Positions 31,993 to 41,261 of a stretch of DNA of 64,000 bases are shown here, in pieces (position 1 is the stretch's first letter; every line of letters begins with the position of its first letter). The translations under genes were made by a program, and so were the position numbers. The stretch comes from Thiotrichaceae bacterium. Lineage in GTDB: Bacteria; Pseudomonadota; Gammaproteobacteria; UBA5859. Location of the stretch: assembly GCA_041940025.1 (NCBI GenBank), contig JBGTSY010000001.1, positions 19,186-83,185 on the forward strand, given 5' to 3'. Below the pieces are notes generated by a model. It was not told where the DNA came from. It did not search any database and worked only from the letters and a program-made list of their open reading frames with translations.

Positions 31993-33741
31993 CTATATCC
32001 CTATCCTTTGTTGTACTACTGTCCACAAGACATCTACCGGCACCAACAAAAAGTGTGCGGCGACAGCCAATGCAATGACACCCGTCAAGCTACTGGCAAA
32101 AGTCAGTCGCTTGACTCGGAGTGCTTTCTTTTTTTCCGTGGGCGTTTTTACCACTGGGATCACGGCTAATGGGGAGGCACCTGTAATTTTGGTCAGCGAA
32201 CGAGCGCCGTATAGATTGGGATCTAAACTCTCTCTAAAGACAATGAACCCAAAGCCTGCTGCCAAAGAAAGAAACACGCCAATCAATAAGATGGAGAGCC
32301 TATTCGGGCTAACTGGACTCACGGGTAATAGCGGCGGTTCAATCAAAGAAAATCGTTCACCCTTTCTTTCCTCCTCCATAGAAGTAGAAATATCTGCTTC
32401 CATTTGTCTGGATTTCAATTCACGAAATTTGTTCACTGCGTTTTCATAGTCTCTGCTTAGGGTGCGATAGGTCTGCTCCACCGCGGGTGCAGTCAATAAG
32501 CGTCTTTCGTAGGTAGCATATTTTTCGGATAGATCGTCCAATTTGGTTTGAAGAGAAGTTTTCTCCGTGGTGACGGCATCGAGCTGTGCTTTTAAGGATA
32601 AGTACGCCGGGTTGTCCGGTACCGGGGCAACCTGCTCCGCGTCGGTTTCCAGGCTGTGGATCAACCGCAATTCTGATTTGAGTTTTTCAATCACCTGAGA
32701 CTGCGCAATGATGTCCGGATGCTTAGCCGAATATCGTTTCAGTAATCTGGCCAGTTCATTTTGTGCCACAACCAACTTTTTGTTTAATGTTTTCGTATCT
32801 ACTTGTCCGCCTGTCTGGGTCCGAAGCACGGTGATTTCATTTTCAACACGGACGAGATCTGGATGACTAGGCGCGTAACGAGACAACATACTCACTCGTT
32901 CTGCCTCCAGTAATTTTAATCGTTCACTACGGGACAGAACTCGTTCGCCTTTCTCACCCACTATTGACGCTTCCGGAGAGAGTTGAGTCAGTTCGGCCTT
33001 TAAATAGAGTTCACGTTCTGTGAGTACTTGAATTTGTCTGCGGACTTCATCAATCTGCAGTTCTGTTCGTTGCAAGATTTGCCGATTAATGACACCGTGT
33101 TCTGGTAGATTATCAGGATGTTTCTCTTTGAACTCCGCTAGGGCTTGTTCATATTCCTCTATTTGTTCACTCAATTTTTCTGTTTCCAAACTCAGAAAAT
33201 CGGACGCCTGACGAGCAGTCTGGGTACGCGCACGAAAATTTTCCTCCATAAAAAGAGAGACCAGTTCGTTGGAAACTTTTTGCGCTAACTGAGGAGAGGG
33301 ACTTTGATACCCTAATGTGAACGCAATGGTGGCTTGCACTGGCCTACCGCTACGAGGATCCACCACATCTGCACTCACCATGTCGATATGGATCTGCTCA
33401 CGCATACGCGCGAGCACAGAACTTAAAGGCGTTGTTTTTAACTCTTCCTGATAGAGATCATATTTTTGCACGATACGGCCGAGGTTACTGGTGCTCAGTA
33501 CCATTTGACTGATCATCTGAATACGTTGATCCGCATAACTGGTAACCGTTGAACGTACCAAGTCTGAGGGGATTTCTTGATGCTCGATTAAGATGGTGGC
33601 GCTTGACCGATACTGAGCCGGTATAAACAACGCCGCAGCCAAAGCTGCAATTAAGATAACCAGTGCCGGTACCACACCTTGACGCCACCGACGTTTGACG
33701 ATCTCTAACAGATCACCAAGATCCTTAACATTTTCTTCCAA
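31993..33741 (-). CDS. Polysaccharide chain-length determinant protein (Wzz/Wzc N-terminal-like, PEP-CTERM locus type)
   Basis: 582 aa. N-terminal TM, long coiled-coil periplasmic region, C-terminal TM (LSILLIGVFLSLAAGFGFIVF). Confidence 0.8.
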   Translation of the reverse strand: MEENVKDLGDLLEIVKRRWRQGVVPALVILIAALAAALFIPAQYRSSATILIEHQEIPSDLVRSTVTSYADQRIQMISQMVLSTSNLGRIVQKYDLYQEELKTTPLSSVLARMREQIHIDMVSADVVDPRSGRPVQATIAFTLGYQSPSPQLAQKVSNELVSLFMEENFRARTQTARQASDFLSLETEKLSEQIEEYEQALAEFKEKHPDNLPEHGVINRQILQRTELQIDEVRRQIQVLTERELYLKAELTQLSPEASIVGEKGERVLSRSERLKLLEAERVSMLSRYAPSHPDLVRVENEITVLRTQTGGQVDTKTLNKKLVVAQNELARLLKRYSAKHPDIIAQSQVIEKLKSELRLIHSLETDAEQVAPVPDNPAYLSLKAQLDAVTTEKTSLQTKLDDLSEKYATYERRLLTAPAVEQTYRTLSRDYENAVNKFRELKSRQMEADISTSMEEERKGERFSLIEPPLLPVSPVSPNRLSILLIGVFLSLAAGFGFIVFRESLDPNLYGARSLTKITGASPLAVIPVVKTPTEKKKALRVKRLTFASSLTGVIALAVAAHFLLVPVDVLWTVVQQRIGI

Positions 33742-33888
33742 CTTGTATGCTCCCCAGCTCTACCTAAGAAAGAATATTTTTATGGGTCGAACAATGAGTC
33801 TATGCAGCGAGACGCTTGGTTTCGCCAATTGCCTATTATAAGTATGCAGAGCAGTGAAAACTACTAAAAACCAGTTGAGTGGCGTGAA

Positions 33889-35115
33889 TTACAGACTTCG
33901 ATGATAAGGTAACCATCGGTGCTGATAATTAAATATTATCGCGTGGGCTTCCGCCTCACTGTTTTGATTATTAAACTCTTGGTATCTATATCGATAAGCA
34001 ATTGATAATGTAGATTTTTCAGATTGTCGCCAAGTCAGCCCTGGTTGCAAACTATAATAGTCCCGATCACTAGTGGCAGAGTTATTACTGACTTCCCGAT
34101 TAGTTATCCATTGGACTCGATTGGTCCATGATAATCGCCTACTCAGTCTCCCTTGCTGATTTAAACTGAAAGTATCGGATTCTAAAAATTCTCCACCACC
34201 ACTGGGCCGAGTACTCCGTTGTAACTGCAAACGCAATTGATGAGATAGAAACTCTCTGCTGATCTGCACATTTAACAGGGAACCTTGTTCATCAGACTCA
34301 AATTCCACGGGTGTCACAGTAAAAAAGAAAAAGTTTGGAACCAGGATCACCGTCTTGGTAGTGGTTTCTCGTACGCCCACAGAAAAGTTGTACTCCCAGA
34401 GTTCGTTCAGCGCACCTTGTACGCCCACGGTAATTCCAAGATTTTTAACTTCTTGTTGATTTAATTCAGTTTGATATTGTGAAAGGGACAGTGCGATAAC
34501 CGCTCGATGCGCCGGTCTAAATTGATGATGCCAATCCGTATTCAAATAATAATAGTCATAATCCACCAGTCCGGATTGCGCCGAGTCCGCATAGTCCACC
34601 TGCTGCCCATTTAGTTGCAGAGAGAGCAGATTTAATTCACTGACTGAGTATTGCCCACTCACAAAAGCGGTAGAAACTTCTCGTCGAATCTGATTTTGAA
34701 TCAGTCCGGAAACATCTAATTCGCTCACTAGAGAGGAATCGCGATTATGGCTTAGGCCAAATTGGCTACTGAACGTTGCTTGCTGCCATTGACTGTCGAA
34801 CTGCACCTTCTGGTTATCGTAGTCAAAACCATCCTGCTCTGTATAGTTGCGGGACGCCAATCCCAGACCTAGTTGATGACGCCAAATGGTACTGGAACGC
34901 TTCAGGTTAAGATCAAAATTCAGACTCTGAGTTGAATCTGAGAGCTTATCTGTTTCGGTGAGACGTATATTATCTTGATAATCTGCACCCACCCGACCAT
35001 TGGCATCCACCTGATACAAGGCGCCTAGGAGTGGGCCGTGAAAAAAAAGTGCACATAAAAAAAAAGAAAAAGTGGATAGATATCGCACGGGAGAGCTGCA
35101 CAACATAGTGGCCAT
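33889..35115 (-). CDS. Putative outer-membrane beta-barrel protein associated with the EPS export module
   Basis: 408 aa. Signal peptide, then alternating amphipathic beta-strand-like segments with abundant Y/W/Q/N. Co-located with Wza-like and Wzz-like genes. Confidence 0.55.
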   Translation of the reverse strand: MATMLCSSPVRYLSTFSFFLCALFFHGPLLGALYQVDANGRVGADYQDNIRLTETDKLSDSTQSLNFDLNLKRSSTIWRHQLGLGLASRNYTEQDGFDYDNQKVQFDSQWQQATFSSQFGLSHNRDSSLVSELDVSGLIQNQIRREVSTAFVSGQYSVSELNLLSLQLNGQQVDYADSAQSGLVDYDYYYLNTDWHHQFRPAHRAVIALSLSQYQTELNQQEVKNLGITVGVQGALNELWEYNFSVGVRETTTKTVILVPNFFFFTVTPVEFESDEQGSLLNVQISREFLSHQLRLQLQRSTRPSGGGEFLESDTFSLNQQGRLSRRLSWTNRVQWITNREVSNNSATSDRDYYSLQPGLTWRQSEKSTLSIAYRYRYQEFNNQNSEAEAHAIIFNYQHRWLPYHRSL

Positions 35116-35744
35116 TAAGGCACTATCACCACGTCACCCGCTTTTAACAGCATGTTTTGGTATAAATTTTCCCCGTCCATGACCTCCTTATACTTAAATG
35201 GGAAAACTATCTGCTTGTCTCCATTCCTTCTCAATACTTTGACTTTGTTTGATGAGCCAAAAGCAGTCAGTCCCCCCGCCATACTAAGTGCCTGCATCAC
35301 GTCCACCGGTCGATTGATGAGATAGTCCCCTGGTTTATTTACCTGACCTAACACATAGATGCGATTGCCCAATAGCTGAGTGGCACTGACAGTAATCACG
35401 GGATCGGGAATATACTGCTGCAAGGCTTCCGTTAAGCTCTGCTGCAAGGCTTCGACGGAAAGTCCGCTCGCCATCACCTGTCCCACGAGAGGAAAAGAGA
35501 TAGAGCCATCGGGTAATACCAACACCTCCCGTTGCAGATTTTCTTCCTTCCAAACTGATATCTGTAAGATATCGCCGGGGTGAATCAGATAGTGCTTTCG
35601 AGCCAGATCCTCTGTTACCGAAGATCCTAAAGTGTCGGCTTGAAGCCCAAAAGAGAGACTCAAAAGGAGTAACGGCCCGATTTTCAGAAAATGACTGCAA
35701 GCAAACAACAGCATGTTTTTCATCTGTGGCCTCATTTCCAACAA
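35115..35744 (-). CDS. Polysaccharide export protein (Wza-like Poly_export + SLBB domain, short PEP-CTERM-locus form)
   Basis: 209 aa. Signal peptide. Poly_export motif PGDILQISVW...PDGSISFPLVG and SLBB GQVNKPG. Confidence 0.8.
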   Translation of the reverse strand: MLEMRPQMKNMLLFACSHFLKIGPLLLLSLSFGLQADTLGSSVTEDLARKHYLIHPGDILQISVWKEENLQREVLVLPDGSISFPLVGQVMASGLSVEALQQSLTEALQQYIPDPVITVSATQLLGNRIYVLGQVNKPGDYLINRPVDVMQALSMAGGLTAFGSSNKVKVLRRNGDKQIVFPFKYKEVMDGENLYQNMLLKAGDVVIVP

Positions 35745-36114
35745 AATAGAAGGATTAAATTAGTTGCAGGGTTATTCGCTAATCTGTTCTGTCAGACGTT
35801 CTTTGTGTCACACGCAAGATTGAGTTCAATACCAATCCAGTAATCATGTGTGATTACATTAGATAACATGGTACTACTAATATATTACATTCCGATGTCA
35901 GAAATCCATTGCAAACTTGAAGGATGTCATTGAAATCCATGAATGATGGCGTCCAGACGTCTACCCCTGGAGATCAGAGATTAGGCAACCTGTTGTCCGA
36001 CCAAGCAAGATTAAGAAAAATCTAAGACTAAAGGGAACATGAAATCCGTATAAACCCTAGTTCCCCCAACATGCAAATAGCTCATTAGGTTTTAGTTGTG
36101 GAAACTGATTATGC

Positions 36115-36627
36115 TCACCCGACGGTATTGGTCTCAGGTTGCCTTCTGTGTCCAACTATTAGGAACCCTAACAAGGACGAAAAGAGTAACCAGATACTAG
36201 CTGGAATAGGGATGGCACTAGGATCGCTCAGTAATGAACCTTTAACTGAATAGAGGCCCCAGTCGAACAGTCCCGTATTGGCTTCACCAGTAATAGAAAA
36301 ATCATAGATTCCCGCAGCCAATACGCCGCTAAATGAATAGACTAAACCGTTTCCGGAAGTCGAAGTACTTTCTGTGAGAAATCCTAGTTCAGGAATCACG
36401 TCAAAATTATCAATGGTAGGATAGTTTTCAGTCACCACTGAAAAAGTGAGATCTACTAAGGTAGTTTGAGTCAGATCTAGTGTTCCGATATCAGAAAAAT
36501 CAGAGAAACGTAAATGTAATGAAACCACTCCATTTCCATCATCTTCAATCATGTAAGTAGCGGCATTAGAAAAAGCGGCAACAGAAAAACTCGACACTAA
36601 AAGTAATGCCTGTATAAATTTGTTCAT
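36115..36627 (-). CDS. Secreted protein with C-terminal PEP-CTERM-type sorting signal (IPIPA variant)
   Basis: Signal peptide MNKFIQALLLVSSFSVAAFS. C-terminus ...DPSAIPIPASIWLLFSSLLGFLIVGHRRQ, which is a P-x-P motif, a TM helix and an Arg cluster. Confidence 0.65.
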   Translation of the reverse strand: MNKFIQALLLVSSFSVAAFSNAATYMIEDDGNGVVSLHLRFSDFSDIGTLDLTQTTLVDLTFSVVTENYPTIDNFDVIPELGFLTESTSTSGNGLVYSFSGVLAAGIYDFSITGEANTGLFDWGLYSVKGSLLSDPSAIPIPASIWLLFSSLLGFLIVGHRRQPETNTVG

Positions 36628-37092
36628 TGTAACCATTCCCCAAAAATGTTGAATACAGCACAATTATTAAACATCCAGACAAAATAAATATTACAATGAA
36701 AATACTACTGGGTAAATTAAATACCGCTTAAAAAAATTAATTTCGCAAATAAAAACAAACTCTACTTTTGCAAGTTGATTAATTTGCATGCAATTGGTTA
36801 AGTAATAAACAATCAACCAACTTATATGTGCTGACAAAACAACCCGGAGCAATCGAGAATTTATCTACAACTGTATTGCAATCTAAAAAATGATTGGCAG
36901 AATACGTCATTGCGGATCAGAAAATGACTATAGAAATTGGTGCCAGGATACCAACCATGACTTTCCTATAAGCTTAATATAATCGATCACGCGATTTCTT
37001 TTGTTACTCTTTAGTTAATTTATCTACGCCTCCCCTTCTAAAGCCAACAGGATGTTGGCATTAAATCATTCCGTCTACGGAAGGAGGGATTC

Positions 37093-37746
37093 ATGCTATT
37101 TAAACAATCAAAGTTATCCAATTCGCTTGCACTGATGACGCTACCGGCAAGCATCTCTTTATCGGCCGCAACCATTGAACCAGGGGATTTAATCATTACG
37201 GAAGTGATGGCGAATCCTAAAGCCGTCTCCGATGCAAATGGAGAGTGGTTTGAAATATACAATGCCACCAGCAGTACCCTTAATTTAGCCAACTTAAATT
37301 TATCCGATGATGGTTCTAACAACCATACAGTAGCTAGTGATCCATTAAATCTGGCACCAAACAGTTTCTTCGTATTCGGTCGTAATGGTAATACAACAAC
37401 CAACGGTGGATACACCGCAGATTATGTCTATTCTGGTTTCACACTATCAAACGACAGTGATCAGATCATTCTTAGTCTTGGTGGAATTGTGATTGCACAG
37501 TTGGCCTATACTGGGGGATTCGTAATAAATGGAATCAGCTCTGAGTTAAAAAGTTTACCCAGTCTAGTAAGCAATTTTGGCGGCACACCTGAAGAAGCCA
37601 GTTATCTATTTGGTGATGGTGACTATGGGACGCCAGGCGCCATGAATTCCACGGACTTTACTGCCGTGCCCCTGCCTGCAGCTTTGCCGCAATTGTTATT
37701 GGCCCTGGGTGCACTATTTGGAATTAGGATAAAACAAAAAAGATAA
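37093..37746 (+). CDS. Lamin-tail-domain (LTD) protein with C-terminal VPLPA-CTERM / PEP-CTERM sorting signal
   Basis: 217 aa. LTD signature DLIITEVMANP...NGEWFEIYN...NLSD...FFVFG. C-terminus TAVPLPAALPQLLLALGALFGIRIKQKR. Strong SD GGAGGG upstream. Confidence 0.75.
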   Translation: MLFKQSKLSNSLALMTLPASISLSAATIEPGDLIITEVMANPKAVSDANGEWFEIYNATSSTLNLANLNLSDDGSNNHTVASDPLNLAPNSFFVFGRNGNTTTNGGYTADYVYSGFTLSNDSDQIILSLGGIVIAQLAYTGGFVINGISSELKSLPSLVSNFGGTPEEASYLFGDGDYGTPGAMNSTDFTAVPLPAALPQLLLALGALFGIRIKQKR

Positions 37747-37754
37747 GTCCAAAA

Positions 37755-37790
37755 CAAAGAGCCCCTCTGCAATAACAGAGGGGCTCTTTG
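37755..37790. terminator. Bidirectional intrinsic terminator between the LTD protein gene and rpsI
   Basis: Perfect 15-bp stem CAAAGAGCCCCTCTG-caataa-CAGAGGGGCTCTTTG followed by TTTG. Confidence 0.7.
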
Positions 37791-37845
37791 TTTGAATCAA
37801 TTGACGGCAATTGCATTGGAGCGGGCAAATGCCTGAAAAAAGGGT

Positions 37846-38241
37846 TTAACGTTTTGAGAATTGTGGACGCTTACGAGCTTTACGCAGTCCCACCTTTTTA
37901 CGCTCAACAATACGTGCATCTCGCGTGACATATCCAGCGCGCCGTAAAGGTTCACGCAATGATTCTTCATACTGAATCAGCGCCCGCGTGATCCCATGAC
38001 GAATCGCCCCGGCTTGACCAGTAGTGCCACCGCCATTAACGGTCACTTTAATATCGAAGTTTTCCAGATTGGAGGTGAGTTCCAAGGGCTGACGAACAAC
38101 CATTCGCGCCGTTTCCCGGCCGAAATAATCATCTAAACTGTGACGATTGATTGTGATGTCACCTGATCCAGGTTTGAGAAACACGCGCGCTACTGAAGAT
38201 TTTCTGCGCCCTGTTCCCGTATAAAGCTGTGATTCTGCCAT
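37846..38241 (-). CDS. rpsI: 30S ribosomal protein S9
   Basis: 131 aa ending ...[12 protein letters not shown]. Downstream of rplM as in the conserved rplM-rpsI operon. Confidence 0.95.
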   Translation of the reverse strand: MAESQLYTGTGRRKSSVARVFLKPGSGDITINRHSLDDYFGRETARMVVRQPLELTSNLENFDIKVTVNGGGTTGQAGAIRHGITRALIQYEESLREPLRRAGYVTRDARIVERKKVGLRKARKRPQFSKR

Positions 38242-38262
38242 AATTGATAGCTACTTATATTC

Positions 38263-38691
38263 TCAGATTTCTAAGGGTTCCGGTTGCTGCGCTTGATGTT
38301 TATGCGTTGGACCCGCATAGACATGCAATTTTCGATACATGGCTCGTCCCAATGGGTTTTTCGGCAACATACCTTTCACTGCACGCTCAATGATTCGCTC
38401 GGGCGCACGCTCCTGTAACTTATTAAAGCTGAACTGCTTCAAACCACCGGGGTAGCCCGAATGGTGGTAGTACATTTTGCCTTCAGCCTTATTTCCGGTC
38501 ACACGAACCTTTTCAGCGTTGATTACTACTATATGATCACCTGTATCCACACCAGGGGTAAATTCAGGTTTATGTTTGCCGCGTAACCGTGAGGCTACTT
38601 CGGTGGCCAACCGGCCCAAGGTTTTGTCGCTGGCATCCACCAGGTACCAACCTCGTTCTACCTCGGCAGGTTTTGCGCTAAATGTTTTCAC
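38263..38691 (-). CDS. rplM: 50S ribosomal protein L13
   Basis: GTG start giving [20 protein letters not shown], which matches the E. coli L13 N-terminus. The track ORF 38263..38763 over-extends upstream. Confidence 0.93.
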   Translation of the reverse strand: MKTFSAKPAEVERGWYLVDASDKTLGRLATEVASRLRGKHKPEFTPGVDTGDHIVVINAEKVRVTGNKAEGKMYYHHSGYPGGLKQFSFNKLQERAPERIIERAVKGMLPKNPLGRAMYRKLHVYAGPTHKHQAQQPEPLEI

Positions 38692-38780
38692 AAGACATAT
38701 GCTCCAGAGATCACTGGCCCACAAAAGAGGCGTAATGCTACAGAAGGATTCATCGGGTTTCAAGACAATAATTTAAGAGG

Positions 38781-38810
38781 AAAAAAAAAGCGCGGCCGGG
38801 GAGGCCGCGC
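38781..38810 (-). terminator. Intrinsic terminator (minus strand): GC hairpin followed by a U9 tract
   Basis: On the minus strand GCGCGGCC-tcccc-GGCCGCGC then TTTTTTTTT. Downstream of the ferredoxin-like gene and upstream of the rplM promoter region. Confidence 0.65.
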
Positions 38811-38969
38811 AAACCACCAAAGGAGGATGGAGCAGTTGAAATCTTTAATTCTCGTAGGGAGCAAATGAGCTCATCAAGAAAGTGATGCGTATTATACAAA
38901 CGTTGGAATATTAGTCAATAATAATAGAAAAATTTTTTATTAAGATTATATTAATAACTAATGACCCAG

Positions 38970-39311
38970 CTAAATCTGCAATCTTTCCACGATTTCACCC
39001 TTTAATAAGTGGCGTTCCACTATCTCATCCAGGTCGCTATATTGCTCATAGCGGTACCAAACGGCCTCTGGATAGACCACTAATACAGGACCGTCCACGC
39101 ATCGATCTAAACAACCTGCTTTGTTCACACGGATACGTCCAGGACCAGACTCTCCTAACTTTTTGATTTTATTCTTTATATAATCACGAGCTTGATCCGC
39201 CTGATGGTTCTGACAGCAGGGGCGTCCATCTTCACGAAAATTAGTACAAAAAAAGAGATGATGACGATAGTATGCCACGAGCAAGATCCTTGGCTTGATA
39301 AGAGTGCGCAA
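38970..39311 (-). CDS. Thioredoxin-like [2Fe-2S] ferredoxin family protein
   Basis: 113 aa. Four-Cys pattern C..C (CTNFREDGRPCC) ... C...C (AGCLDRC) with GPVLVVYP. Resembles the NuoE-like thioredoxin-fold ferredoxins. Confidence 0.55.
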   Translation of the reverse strand: MRTLIKPRILLVAYYRHHLFFCTNFREDGRPCCQNHQADQARDYIKNKIKKLGESGPGRIRVNKAGCLDRCVDGPVLVVYPEAVWYRYEQYSDLDEIVERHLLKGEIVERLQI

Positions 39312-39365
39312 TCGTAAATCGTCTAACCAGCCACTTCAAGAGAGGGGTATACCCAAAAAATTTTT

Positions 39366-40592
39366 ATGGCTAAAAATATGGTTATTGACAATGCACTTTT
39401 TTTGAAAACTGAGCAATGTGTGCGCTGTGCCAGTTGCGCACCCAGATGCCCAACATACGCATTGAGCCGCAATGAAGCGGAGTCCCCGCGAGGCCGAATT
39501 ACCATGATCGCCGGACTGGCATCCGGTCAAATTCCGGTCACAGACTCCTTGCAGCAACATCTCGACAATTGCCTCACTTGCCGCGCTTGTGAACAGATTT
39601 GTCCGGCTAAGGTTGAGGTGGGCAGCATTCTCGATCAGGGACGTGCACTGATCCTTGAACAGCAATCGCCAACCTTCTCTCGGCAGCTTTTCAATAAAGT
39701 GCTAGATCTGATCACTGCCTACCCAAAACCAGTGTCCAGATTAGTCAACTTGGTACGCCAGAAATGGATCCGTCGATCTGCACGCTCTGTTGGATTAGAT
39801 CCCTGGATCCGCGCCTTATCTGCAAGCCAACCCATGACGCCCGTGCGCTCAGACAACACTACTGAAGAGGATCTGCACAAATCAGTGCAGCTTTTTACCG
39901 GTTGTCTCGGTGAGGCGATGCAGAGCCACACACTCAATGCTGCAATTTTGTTGCTGAATCACCTGGGATTCAGCGTGCGGATCCCGAAAGAACAGATCTG
40001 TTGCGGCGCCCTTCATCAGCATCGTGGGGAAATGACTCGCGCGAGAACACTCGCCAGAAAAAACCTGGCAGTGTTCTCCGAGCCAGAAATCCCAGTGATC
40101 TATTGCGCGACCGGTTGTGGCGCAACCCTGTCAGAGTATCAATCGGAATCCTCGCAGAATTTTTCTAAGCAACTGTATGAAATCAACGAATTTATTGCTC
40201 AATCCGAAGTAGCGTCCTTAAGCTTCAGGCCACTGCACAAGAAAGTATTAATCCACGATCCTTGCTCCGCCCGCTATCCCCTTCAATGCGCTCATTTCAG
40301 CCAACAGTTACTCAGTCGAATCGAAGGATTGCACATTTATACTTTGGCAAATGATCAACACTGCTGCGGCGCTGCTGGAACTCATATGTTGTCCCATGCA
40401 AAAACAGCACAGACTCTTGCGGCACCAATTGTCGAACAGGCCGTTCGACTACAAGTTGACTATGTTGTGAGTAGTAATGTCGGTTGTGCGCTGCATCTAG
40501 GTGCCAATTTGCCAGACTCTATACATGTGTGTCATCCGGTGGAGCTTTTAGCCATGCAACTCAATGATAAAACTAAATTAGGTGTAGAATAG
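39366..40592 (+). CDS. GlcF-like (Fe-S)-binding protein: two 4Fe-4S ferredoxin motifs plus two CCG (Cys-rich) domains
   Basis: 408 aa. CVRCASCAPRCP and CLTCRACEQICP cluster motifs. CCG motifs ICCGA and HCCGAAGT. Confidence 0.75.
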   Translation: MAKNMVIDNALFLKTEQCVRCASCAPRCPTYALSRNEAESPRGRITMIAGLASGQIPVTDSLQQHLDNCLTCRACEQICPAKVEVGSILDQGRALILEQQSPTFSRQLFNKVLDLITAYPKPVSRLVNLVRQKWIRRSARSVGLDPWIRALSASQPMTPVRSDNTTEEDLHKSVQLFTGCLGEAMQSHTLNAAILLLNHLGFSVRIPKEQICCGALHQHRGEMTRARTLARKNLAVFSEPEIPVIYCATGCGATLSEYQSESSQNFSKQLYEINEFIAQSEVASLSFRPLHKKVLIHDPCSARYPLQCAHFSQQLLSRIEGLHIYTLANDQHCCGAAGTHMLSHAKTAQTLAAPIVEQAVRLQVDYVVSSNVGCALHLGANLPDSIHVCHPVELLAMQLNDKTKLGVE

Positions 40593-40598
40593 AGCCGT

Positions 40599-41240
40599 AT
40601 GCAAAGAAAATATAACTCCACTGACCGATTAGTCATTGCCTTGGATCAAGGTCTACGGACACTCTACGGCAAGCCTGACAATACTGGGCGTGACAGCCCA
40701 GCCCAAGATCTAGCCGAAACAGTTCAGTCGAAAAATGACAAACGCCACGTAGCGGGTTTGATGAGGGTCAATCATGCGGGTGAAATAGCCGCGCAAGCGC
40801 TGTACTACGGCCAGGCACTGACGGCTAAAGACGAAATTACGCGGGCTTCACTGCTGAATACCGCACGTGAAGAGGGCGATCATCTACATTGGTGCCAGCA
40901 ACGCCTAACAGAGTTAAATAGCCATATTAGTTATCTTGGACCTCTATGGTATCTGGGATCTTTAACCATCGGCGCCATGGCCGGTTCACGGGGTGACGCC
41001 TTTAGTTTGGGATTTGTTGCTGAAACAGAACATCAAGTCAGCGCACATTTAAGCAATCATCTACAACGATTACCGCGACAGGACTCCCGTAGCCGTACAA
41101 TCTTATTGCAAATGCAAGAAGACGAAGAAGGCCATGCCACACAGGCGTTACAGTCAGGGGGCAAACGGCTTCCTTGGTTGGTGCGTCGAACCATGAAAAT
41201 GACGGCGAAAGTGATGACCACTCTGGCGTATAGAATTTAA
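40599..41240 (+). CDS. coq7: Demethoxyubiquinol hydroxylase (di-iron Coq7 family)
   Basis: 213 aa. Two E..H di-iron motifs (NHAGEIAAQALY; EEGDHLHW; ETEHQ; EEGHA) of ferritin-like Coq7. 7 bp after the glcF-like gene. Confidence 0.85.
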   Translation: MQRKYNSTDRLVIALDQGLRTLYGKPDNTGRDSPAQDLAETVQSKNDKRHVAGLMRVNHAGEIAAQALYYGQALTAKDEITRASLLNTAREEGDHLHWCQQRLTELNSHISYLGPLWYLGSLTIGAMAGSRGDAFSLGFVAETEHQVSAHLSNHLQRLPRQDSRSRTILLQMQEDEEGHATQALQSGGKRLPWLVRRTMKMTAKVMTTLAYRI

Positions 41241-41260
41241 TGTGTCTGTGAAGCACACAT
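41238..41260. terminator. Hairpin between convergent coq7 and speD (terminator-like)
   Basis: AATGTGT-ctgtgaagc-ACACATT inverted repeat, read directly. Confidence 0.4.
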
Positions 41261-41261
41261 T

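Noticed and set aside
31111-32449. Several plus-strand ORFs (79-155 aa) antisense to the BY-kinase and chain-length determinant genes
   Set aside because: The minus-strand genes have strong family signatures (Walker motifs, TM + coiled coil). The plus-strand ORFs are Ser/Arg-rich shadows.
36664-37092. Sigma54 (-24/-12) promoters upstream of the two PEP-CTERM cargo genes
   Set aside because: TGGCA-containing sites are present (for example TGGCATTAAATCATTCC, and CTGGCACCAATTTCTAT on the minus strand), but none has the GC at the -12 position and spacing required.
37038-37415. Minus-strand 125-aa ORF overlapping the LTD protein gene start
   Set aside because: It is antisense to a gene with a strong SD and clear LTD/PEP-CTERM features. 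Spurious.
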